A stretch of 32,000 bases of DNA from Kineococcus radiotolerans SRS30216 = ATCC BAA-149 (lineage in GTDB: Bacteria > Actinomycetota > Actinomycetes > Actinomycetales > Kineococcaceae): contig NC_009664.2 in the NCBI RefSeq assembly GCF_000017305.1, forward strand, positions 3,540,001 through 3,572,000, given 5' to 3'. The translations under genes and the position numbers were made by a program. The notes under the pieces were generated by a model. That model worked only from the letters and a program-made list of their open reading frames with translations, was not told the DNA's origin and made no database searches. Positions 25,464-32,000 of this stretch are shown in pieces; the stretch's first letter is position 1; the number at the start of each line of letters is the position of its first letter.

Positions 25464-26504
25464 ATGGAACTCGGACTCAGCGTCGGATACCTCACCGGCC
25501 CCGTCGCCCCGGCCGCGCAGCGCGCGATCGCCCTCACCCGGGCCGCGGAGGACGCCGGCTACGGCTCGGTGTGGGTCGCGGAGGCCTACGGCACCGACGC
25601 CGTGAGCGTGCTGGGCCTGCTGGCCGGGGCGACCTCGCGCATCGGCCTGGGCTCGGCGGTCCTGCAGGTCCCCGCCCGGGCCGCGGCCATGACCGCGATG
25701 ACGGCCGCGACGCTGGACGGGCTCTCCGGCGGGCGCTTCCGCCTCGGCCTGGGGGTGTCCGGGCCCCAGGTCGCCGAGGGCTGGTACGGCCAGCCGTTCG
25801 CGAAGCCGCTGGCCCGCACCCGCGAGTACGTCGACGTCGTGCGGGCGCTGCTGGCGCGCGAGCCGTCCCGCTACGAGGGCGAGCACCTGCGCCTGCCGCT
25901 GCCGGGCGGGCCGGGGGTCCCGCTGCGCCTCATGCAGCCCGCGGTCCGTCCCGGCCTGCCGATCCACCTCGCCGCGGTGGGCCCGCGCAACGTCGAGCTG
26001 GCCGGGGAGGTCGCCGACGGCTGGCTGCCGTCGCTGCTCGTCCCGGAGGACTCCGCGCAGTCCTTCGACCGGTTGCGGGTGGGGTTCTCCCGCCGCAGCG
26101 CGGCGCTCGCACCGGCCGCGGGCTTCGAGGTCACCGCGAGCGTCCCGCTCGTGCTCACCGGCGCCGCGGGGGAGGAGCGCGCCGCCGCGGAGGAGCCGGT
26201 GCGCCGCCACCTGGCCCTGTACCTGGGCGGGATGGGCTCGAAGGAGCAGAACTTCTACGCCGACCTGGGGCGGCGGCTGGGGTTCGCCGACGCCGTGGAC
26301 GAGGTGCAGGACCACTTCCTCGCCGGCCGCCGGCGCGAGGCCGCGGACGCGGTGCCCGCGGGCCTGCTGGAGGCGTGCTGCCTGGTGGGCCCGGCCGCGA
26401 CCGTGCGCCGGCGCCTGGACGACTACGCCCGGGCCGGGGTCAGCACCGTCGCGCTCGTCCCGATGGGCCCGGACCCGGTGGGCGACCTGCGCGCCCTGGC
26501 CTGA
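25464..26504 (+). CDS. LLM class F420-dependent oxidoreductase
   Basis: MELGLSVGY...GYGSVWVAEAYGTDAVSVLG...RFRLGLGVSGPQVAEGWYG...LAAVGPRNVELAGEVADGW is the typical pattern of the F420-dependent LLM subfamily. Confidence 0.85.
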   Translation: MELGLSVGYLTGPVAPAAQRAIALTRAAEDAGYGSVWVAEAYGTDAVSVLGLLAGATSRIGLGSAVLQVPARAAAMTAMTAATLDGLSGGRFRLGLGVSGPQVAEGWYGQPFAKPLARTREYVDVVRALLAREPSRYEGEHLRLPLPGGPGVPLRLMQPAVRPGLPIHLAAVGPRNVELAGEVADGWLPSLLVPEDSAQSFDRLRVGFSRRSAALAPAAGFEVTASVPLVLTGAAGEERAAAEEPVRRHLALYLGGMGSKEQNFYADLGRRLGFADAVDEVQDHFLAGRRREAADAVPAGLLEACCLVGPAATVRRRLDDYARAGVSTVALVPMGPDPVGDLRALA

Positions 26505-26511
26505 GCGCGGC

Positions 26512-26943
26512 TCAGCGCACCAGCCGGAAGATCAGCGGGTAGCGGTACACCTGGCCGCGGTTGGCCGCGACGGCGGCGAGGACCGCGAAGACGAGGGCGA
26601 CCAGCCCCGGCACGGCCAGCAGGACGAACACCCCCGCGCCGAACCCGAGGGTCACGACGCTGACGATCGTGCAGACCACGGCCAGGACGACCTCGTAGAC
26701 CACCAGGGATATCGTCATGTTCAGCGCCTCGGCGCTGTGCCCGCGCACGAAGGCGCTGCGGTCCTTGAAGACGAGGAAGACGACCAGCGGACCGAGGAAG
26801 GACAGGGTGACGACCGTGAACAGCGCGGCGGCGATCGCGGACAGGTGCCCGAACATCCCCCACATCCGCTCGTCGGACGGCGACATCGTCGCCGGGGGGT
26901 ACGGCTGGTGCGGCTGCGGCGGCGGGTACGGGGATTCGCTCAC
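26512..26943 (-). CDS. DUF4870 domain-containing membrane protein
   Basis: A Pro-rich N-terminus is followed by SDERMWGMFGHLS, then 3-4 TM helices and the RYPLIFR C-terminal motif. An alternative start lies at ATG 26886. Confidence 0.75.
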   Translation of the reverse strand: MSESPYPPPQPHQPYPPATMSPSDERMWGMFGHLSAIAAALFTVVTLSFLGPLVVFLVFKDRSAFVRGHSAEALNMTISLVVYEVVLAVVCTIVSVVTLGFGAGVFVLLAVPGLVALVFAVLAAVAANRGQVYRYPLIFRLVR

Positions 26944-26964
26944 CCCCCGATCCTGACGTCTGGC

Positions 26965-27843
26965 TCAGCGGTCCGCCAGGTCCGCGGTGACGAAGTCGAC
27001 GAGTTCCTCCACCCGCCCCAGCAGCGCGGGCTCCAGGTCGGCGTAGCTGCGCACCGTCCCCAGGATCCGCTTCCAGCCGTGCGCGACGTCGGCCTGGGTG
27101 GCGTGCGGCCAGCCGAGCTCGGCGAGGATCCCGTGCTTCCAGTCCTGCCCGCGCGGGACGGTGGGCCAGCGCTCCCAGCCCAGCCGCTGCGGGCGCACCG
27201 ACTGCCACACGTCGACGAAGGGGTGGCCCAGCACGAGCACGTGCGGGTTCGCGTCGACCCGCGCCACGATCCGCGACTCCTTCGACCCGGGCACGAGGTG
27301 GTCCACCAGCACCCCGATCCGCCGGCCGGGGCGGGGGCCGAAGGAGCGGATCGCGGCGTCGAGGTCGTCGACGCCGTCGAGCATCTCCACCACGACGCCC
27401 TCCACGCGCAGGTCGTCGCCCCAGACCCGCTCCACCAGCTCCGCGTCGTGGCGGCCCTCGACGAGGATCCGGGAGGCGCGCGCGGTCCGGGCCGCGACGC
27501 CGGTGACGGCGACGGACCCGCTGGCGGTGCGGGTGGGGCGCTGCGGCGCGGCGGCCTTCGGGGCCACCAGGCGCACGGGCTGCCCCTTGACCCAGAACCC
27601 CGGCCCCAGCGGGAAGGCCCGGGTGCGCTCCGCCTCGTCCTGCAGGACGACGACGTGCACGCCGCCGCTCTTCTCGACCCGCACGACGGCCCCGCGCCAG
27701 CCGGTCTCGACGTCCTGCACGACGAGCCCGCGCACCGCGGGCTGCTCGCGGTGCGTCGGCTTGGGGTGGGAGCGGGCGTGGGGGTCGGAGGACAGCACGT
27801 CGCTGCCGTACCGGTCGGTGTAGCGGGGGCCCTGGGACGTCAC
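26965..27843 (-). CDS. DUF3097 domain-containing protein
   Basis: 292-aa ORF divergent from hrcA, which is the conserved actinobacterial position for DUF3097. The sequence has the pattern GLVVQDVETGWRGAVVRVEKSGGVHVV. Confidence 0.7.
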   Translation of the reverse strand: MTSQGPRYTDRYGSDVLSSDPHARSHPKPTHREQPAVRGLVVQDVETGWRGAVVRVEKSGGVHVVVLQDEAERTRAFPLGPGFWVKGQPVRLVAPKAAAPQRPTRTASGSVAVTGVAARTARASRILVEGRHDAELVERVWGDDLRVEGVVVEMLDGVDDLDAAIRSFGPRPGRRIGVLVDHLVPGSKESRIVARVDANPHVLVLGHPFVDVWQSVRPQRLGWERWPTVPRGQDWKHGILAELGWPHATQADVAHGWKRILGTVRSYADLEPALLGRVEELVDFVTADLADR

Positions 27844-27908
27844 CCCGGCACGCTAACCAGGCGCGCGCGGGAGAGGGTGGAGGCGCGGCGGGGACGTTCG
27901 GCCTAGAC

Positions 27909-27935
27909 TTGGCACTCGGCCGTGTCGAGTGCCAG
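27909..27935 (+). promoter_or_regulatory. CIRCE operator (HrcA binding site), TTGGCACTC-N9-GAGTGCCAG
   Basis: Inverted repeat matching the consensus TTAGCACTC-N9-GAGTGCTAA at 15 of 18 arm positions. It lies 45 nt upstream of the hrcA start. A TAGACT -10-like hexamer (27904-27909) abuts it. Confidence 0.8.
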
Positions 27936-27979
27936 CGGCCGGGTGTCGGGGATGGGCGACGGAGGGGCGGGAGGACGGG

Positions 27980-29020
27980 ATGAGCGACGACCGCAGGCTG
28001 GCGGTGCTGCGCGCGATCGTGGAGGACTACGTCTCCAGCCACGAACCCGTCGGCTCCAAGGCCCTCGTCGAGCGCCACCAGCTCGGCGTCTCCCCGGCCA
28101 CGATCCGCAACGACATGGCCGTGCTGGAGGAGGAGGGGTACATCACCCAGCCCCACACCAGCGCCGGGCGCATCCCCACCGACAAGGGCTACCGGCTCTT
28201 CGTCGACCGCCTCGCCAACGTCAAGCCGATGTCGCCGGCCGAGAAGCGCGCCATCCAGACGTTCCTCGAGGGCGCCGACGACGTCGACGACATCGTCGAC
28301 CGGACCGTGCGGCTGCTGGCCCAGATCACCCGCCAGGCCGCCGTGGTCCAGTACCCCTCGCTCTCGCGCGCCGCGGTCCGCCACGTGGAGCTCGTCCCCG
28401 TCGGCGGCCGCAGCGCGCTGCTGGTCCTCATCACCGACTCCGGGCGCGTGGAGCAGCGCGTCCTCGACGTCCGCTCCGCCGCCGACCCGGAGTCCCTGGC
28501 CGCCGCGCTCGCGGCGCTGCGCACCCGCGTCAACGCCCGCGTCGTCGGCAAGCGGCTGCGCGACGCGCGCGAGGACCTCACCGACCTGGTGCAGCAGACC
28601 CCGCCGGGCGACCTCGCGGTCGCCGCGGAGGTCGCGGTGGCGCTGGGGGACTGCCTCACCGCCGGGCTGGAGGAACGGGTCGTCATCGCCGGCACCGCCA
28701 ACCTCGTGAAGTCCGGCGCGGACCTCTCCACCTCCCTCGGCAGCGTCCTGGAGGCCCTCGAGGAGCACGTCGTGCTGCTGCGGCTGGTCCAGGAGCTCAC
28801 CGAGGACTCCGACCGCGGCGGTCTCACCGTCCGCATCGGCGCCGAGAACCTGCACCTGGGTCTCGACGGGACCTCGGTGGTCACCAGCGGCTACGGGACC
28901 GGCCCGGACACCGTGCTCGCCCGGCTCGGCGTCCTCGGGCCGACCCGGATGGACTACCCGACGACGATGGCCGCGGTGCGCGCGGTGTCGCGCTACGTCT
29001 CCCGCATCCTCGCCCAGTGA
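27980..29020 (+). CDS. hrcA: Heat-inducible transcriptional repressor HrcA
   Basis: [72 protein letters not shown] is the canonical HrcA N-terminus. Confidence 0.95.
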   Translation: MSDDRRLAVLRAIVEDYVSSHEPVGSKALVERHQLGVSPATIRNDMAVLEEEGYITQPHTSAGRIPTDKGYRLFVDRLANVKPMSPAEKRAIQTFLEGADDVDDIVDRTVRLLAQITRQAAVVQYPSLSRAAVRHVELVPVGGRSALLVLITDSGRVEQRVLDVRSAADPESLAAALAALRTRVNARVVGKRLRDAREDLTDLVQQTPPGDLAVAAEVAVALGDCLTAGLEERVVIAGTANLVKSGADLSTSLGSVLEALEEHVVLLRLVQELTEDSDRGGLTVRIGAENLHLGLDGTSVVTSGYGTGPDTVLARLGVLGPTRMDYPTTMAAVRAVSRYVSRILAQ

Positions 29021-29074
29021 CCCGCCCCGTGATCGCCCAGTGATGAAGAGCCCCGACAGGAGAACCCCGACCCC

Positions 29075-30202
29075 GTGAGCGACTACTACGACGTCCTCGG
29101 CGTCTCCCGCGACGCCTCGGCGGAGGACATCAAGCGCGCGTACCGCAAGCTCGCGCGCAAGCTCCACCCCGACGTCACCAGCGACCCCGACGCGGGGGAG
29201 AAGTTCAAGGAGGTCTCCCAGGCCTACGAGACGCTCTCCACCCCCGACAAGCGCGCCGCCTACGACCGCGGCGGGTCGATGCCCGGGGGCGCGGCCGGCG
29301 GCTTCGGCGCCGGTTTCGGGTTCTCCGACATCATGGACGCGTTCTTCGGCCAGGGCGGCGGCGGCCGGCCCGGTGCGCCCGCCAGCCGCACCCAGCGCGG
29401 CCAGGACGCCCTCATCCGCGTCGACGTCGACCTCGCCGAGGCCGCCTTCGGCGGGGAGCGCTCCATCCAGGTCGACACCGCCGTGCTGTGCACGACCTGC
29501 CAGGGTTCCTGCTGCCAGCCCGGCACCAGCCCCGCGACCTGCGACATCTGCCACGGCCAGGGCTCGGTGCAGCGCGTCGTCCGCTCGCTGCTCGGCCAGG
29601 TGATGACGACCGCGCCCTGCCCCACCTGCCACGGGTACGGCACGGTGCTGCCCTCGCCCTGCCTGGAGTGCAACGGGGAGGGCCGCACCCGCGCCCGCCG
29701 TCCCCTGACCATCCGCATCCCCGCCGGGGTGGACACCGGCACCCGCATCCAGCTCGCCTCCCAGGGCGAGGTGGGCACCGCCGGCGGCCCCCCCGGGGAC
29801 CTCTACGTCGAGATCCACGAGCGCCCGCACCCGGTCTTCTCCCGCAACGGCGACGACCTGCTCTGCACCCTGCACGTGCCGATGACGGCCGCCGCGCTCG
29901 GCGCGAGCATCCCGCTGGAGACCCTCGACGGGAGCGCCGAGGAGGTCGACGTCCGTCCCGGCACCCAGGGCGGGGAGGTCATCACCCTCAAGCAGAAGGG
30001 CGCCGAGCACCTGCGCGCCCAGGGCCGCGGCGACCTGCTCGTCACCCTGGAGGTCACCACCCCCCGCGACCTCGACGACGAGCAGGAGGAGCTCCTGCGC
30101 CGCCTCGCGGAGCTGCGCGGGGAGGTCCGCCCCGCGGGCAAGCTCGCCCCCGCCCACCAGGGCGTGTTCTCCAAGCTGCGCGGGAAGTTCTCCGGCCGCT
30201 GA
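29075..30202 (+). CDS. dnaJ: Molecular chaperone DnaJ
   Basis: J-domain ([31 protein letters not shown]), a Gly/Phe-rich region and four CxxCxGxG zinc-finger repeats. Confidence 0.95.
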   Translation: MSDYYDVLGVSRDASAEDIKRAYRKLARKLHPDVTSDPDAGEKFKEVSQAYETLSTPDKRAAYDRGGSMPGGAAGGFGAGFGFSDIMDAFFGQGGGGRPGAPASRTQRGQDALIRVDVDLAEAAFGGERSIQVDTAVLCTTCQGSCCQPGTSPATCDICHGQGSVQRVVRSLLGQVMTTAPCPTCHGYGTVLPSPCLECNGEGRTRARRPLTIRIPAGVDTGTRIQLASQGEVGTAGGPPGDLYVEIHERPHPVFSRNGDDLLCTLHVPMTAAALGASIPLETLDGSAEEVDVRPGTQGGEVITLKQKGAEHLRAQGRGDLLVTLEVTTPRDLDDEQEELLRRLAELRGEVRPAGKLAPAHQGVFSKLRGKFSGR

Positions 30203-30210
30203 CGGGTCGG

Positions 30211-30263
30211 CCGCCCCGGCGGGTCCGGCGCCCCCGGCGGGGTACCGGCCCCCGCCGGGGCGG
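30211..30263. terminator. GC-rich inverted repeat between convergent dnaJ and the MCP gene (candidate bidirectional terminator)
   Basis: ccgccccggcggg (30211-30223) is the exact reverse complement of cccgccggggcgg (30251-30263). The 27-nt intervening segment contains further short complementarity. Confidence 0.4.
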
Positions 30264-30268
30264 TGCCC

Positions 30269-31222
30269 TCAGCTGCGCATGCCCGCCAGGAAGGCGCTGA
30301 TCTGGGTGCGCAGCTCCTCGGCGAGCTGGGACAGCCCGGTGGTGTCACCGGTCGGGCCCCACCCCGCGGAGCCGTCCACCGCGGTGCGCACGCCGTCGAC
30401 GAGCCCGTTCATCTCCCCGATCGTGACGCCGACCCCGCTGATCGCGCTGACCGCGTCCTGGGCGTTCTGCCGGATGCTGTCGACCCGCTGGCTGACCTGC
30501 TCGGTGGCCCGCGCGGACTGGTCGGCCAGCTCCTTGACCTCGGCCGCCACGACGGCGAAGCCCTTGCCGGCCTCCCCGGCGCGCGCGGCCTCGATGGTGG
30601 CGTTGAGCGCCAGCAGCCGCGTCTGGTCGGCGATCGCGTTGATGACGGAGACGACCTGCTGGATCTCCCGGGAGGCCTCGGTCAGGGCCTGCATCGTGAG
30701 CGTGGCCCGGTCGGCCTCGGCGCTCGCGGCGCCGGCGGCGGTGGCCAGGCCCTGCGCGGAGGCGCTGAGCTCGGTGGAGGCGGTGGCTAGCTGCTCGGAG
30801 ACGCCGAGCACCCCGGCCTCGAAGTCGTCGGCCAGGGCGAGGCGGGCCGTGCGGGCCTCCTCCACGACGCTGGAGCCGGCTCGCATCGTGGTGCGCCCGG
30901 CGTTGATCGCCGCGGCGGAGTGGCGGAACGCCCCGCCGAGACCACCGGTCAGCAGCCGGCGGTGGAAGCGCCCCTCGGCCGCCGCGGTGAGGACCTCCCC
31001 GGCCTCGCGCACGAAGGCGTCGGAGACGTCGAGGGAACGGTTCACGGAGTTCTCGAGCTGCACCAGCTCCGGGACCGCGGCGGCCCCGGCGATCCCGCCG
31101 ACGCGGGCTTCGAGGTCGCCGGCGGCGGCCCGGTCGCAGACCTCGGCGACCTGGCGGACGACGTCGCGGTACAGGGCCGCCTCGTCGGTGACCGACCTCG
31201 CCCCCCGGGTGAACAGCTTCAC
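30269..31222 (-). CDS. Soluble methyl-accepting chemotaxis protein (HAMP-like segment plus MCP signalling domain, no TM helices)
   Basis: The highly conserved MCP hairpin tip is present: [37 protein letters not shown]. The GTG at 31222 has a GAGGAGG RBS and forms a GTGA overlap with the upstream PAS gene. Confidence 0.85.
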   Translation of the reverse strand: MKLFTRGARSVTDEAALYRDVVRQVAEVCDRAAAGDLEARVGGIAGAAAVPELVQLENSVNRSLDVSDAFVREAGEVLTAAAEGRFHRRLLTGGLGGAFRHSAAAINAGRTTMRAGSSVVEEARTARLALADDFEAGVLGVSEQLATASTELSASAQGLATAAGAASAEADRATLTMQALTEASREIQQVVSVINAIADQTRLLALNATIEAARAGEAGKGFAVVAAEVKELADQSARATEQVSQRVDSIRQNAQDAVSAISGVGVTIGEMNGLVDGVRTAVDGSAGWGPTGDTTGLSQLAEELRTQISAFLAGMRS

Positions 31223-31788
31223 GGTCGGACCTCCTCGGGGACGATGGACCAGATGAACTCCTCGTAGGACGTGCCGCGCTCGGCCAGCAGCCGCTCGAGC
31301 AGCGCGCTGGAGGCCTCCACCGCCGCCCGGCCGCCGCTGTGGCGGCGCTCCTCGGCCAGCAGCACGTCGTACAGGGCGCTCGCCGCGCGCACACCCTCCT
31401 GGGCGGGCTTGCGGCGGTTGGAGTGGTACCCCGAGATCCGCCCGGCGGGGTCCTTCGTGGGGGTGATGTGCGCCAGGACCCAGTAGTTCGCCCCGTCGGC
31501 GGCGAGGTTGTTGACGTAGGCGAACAGCTCGCGCCCGCTGGAGACGGTGTCCCACAGCAGCTTGAAGACGGCCTTGGGCATGTCGGGGTGGCGGATGACG
31601 TTGTGCGGGCGGCCGATGACCTCGTCGCGCTCGAAGGCGCCCACCCGCAGGAACACGTCGTTGGCGTAGGTGATGATCCCGCGCGGGTCGGTCTTGGAGA
31701 CGATCAGCTCGTCGGGCGAGAAGGTGCGCTCCTGCCCGGTGGGGCGCACGGGGACCCGTGGCTCGCGCTCCGCGGTGGTCGTGGTCAT
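31219..31788 (-). CDS. Aer-type (FAD-binding) PAS domain-containing protein
   Basis: [54 protein letters not shown]...[10 protein letters not shown]...[13 protein letters not shown] is closely similar by eye to the E. coli Aer PAS domain (STTDLQSYITHANDTF...[17 protein letters not shown]). The ATG is at 31788. Confidence 0.85.
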   Translation of the reverse strand: MTTTTAEREPRVPVRPTGQERTFSPDELIVSKTDPRGIITYANDVFLRVGAFERDEVIGRPHNVIRHPDMPKAVFKLLWDTVSSGRELFAYVNNLAADGANYWVLAHITPTKDPAGRISGYHSNRRKPAQEGVRAASALYDVLLAEERRHSGGRAAVEASSALLERLLAERGTSYEEFIWSIVPEEVRP

Positions 31789-31939
31789 CGGTCTCCCTGG
31801 CTCGGACGGCTGCGTCCAGGCCCGGGTGGGCCGGCGGTTCGACGCTCTCCCGACCTCGGCACCCGGGGACGATCCCTTGAGCCGTCCGGGTGACCCCCTT
31901 CCGGGGGCGGCGAGCACCGCAGGGGCGGGTGGGGGCCCG

Positions 31940-32000
31940 TCAGGTCCCCGGGCGCAGGCTCAGCTGCTGCCCCAGCGAGCGGTACCCCAGGGCCCGGGCG
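31940..32000 (-). CDS. Possible 3' end of an unidentified minus-strand gene that continues beyond the window
   Basis: The frame is open to the window edge and ends ...ARALGYRSLGQQLSLRPGT*. Every third codon position is G or C, as in genuine genes here. The fragment is too short to identify. Confidence 0.3.
   Translation of the reverse strand, partial: ARALGYRSLGQQLSLRPGT

Noticed and set aside
29021-29074. A second CIRCE element or separate heat-shock promoter upstream of dnaJ
   Set aside because: No inverted repeat resembling TTAGCACTC-N9-GAGTGCTAA is present in the 54-nt spacer. dnaJ is most simply co-transcribed with hrcA.
26423-30157. 1244-aa minus-strand ORF covering hrcA, dnaJ and the DUF genes
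   Set aside because: It is antisense to unmistakable hrcA and dnaJ and out of frame with the genuine minus-strand DUF3097 and DUF4870 genes, and its translation is low complexity. It is an artefact.

Overview
Very GC-rich, actinobacterial-type chromosomal segment. About 30 protein genes are supportable; I found no rRNA, tRNA, CRISPR array or recognisable mobile-element gene. The backbone is a housekeeping neighbourhood commonly syntenic in Actinobacteria: comEC (3' end), holA, rpsT, lepA, hemW, a CIRCE operator with hrcA-dnaJ, plus conserved DUF genes (DUF4349, DUF1206, DUF4870, DUF3097). About 12 kb of accessory genes lie between comEC and holA. The most interesting part is a tightly translationally coupled plus-strand operon (3472-10108): an HD-like protein, a Gfo/Idh/MocA oxidoreductase, a zinc-ribbon protein with a degenerate MBL fold, a stand-alone YcaO, a GT4 glycosyltransferase and a PIG-L/LmbE deacetylase. 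It is flanked by a divergent sugar-phosphate isomerase/epimerase (TIM barrel), a downstream amidohydrolase and a frameshifted dehydrogenase pseudogene. The operon has no E1-like or TfuA partner and no visible precursor peptide, so it does not match characterised YcaO contexts. I read it as a candidate undescribed small-molecule (GlcN-conjugate or pseudosaccharide) or protein-modification pathway. Other notable items are a four-gene minus-strand operon with an apparently tandem PTH2-like hydrolase, a split Aer-like PAS + soluble MCP pair, a glycine-rich/acidic disordered protein, a 9-bp in-frame tandem repeat in a CYTH-CHAD gene, and several GC-rich hairpins. Many very long ORFs in the track are antisense artefacts of the high GC content. 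All functional calls rest on motif recognition by eye; no database search was possible.
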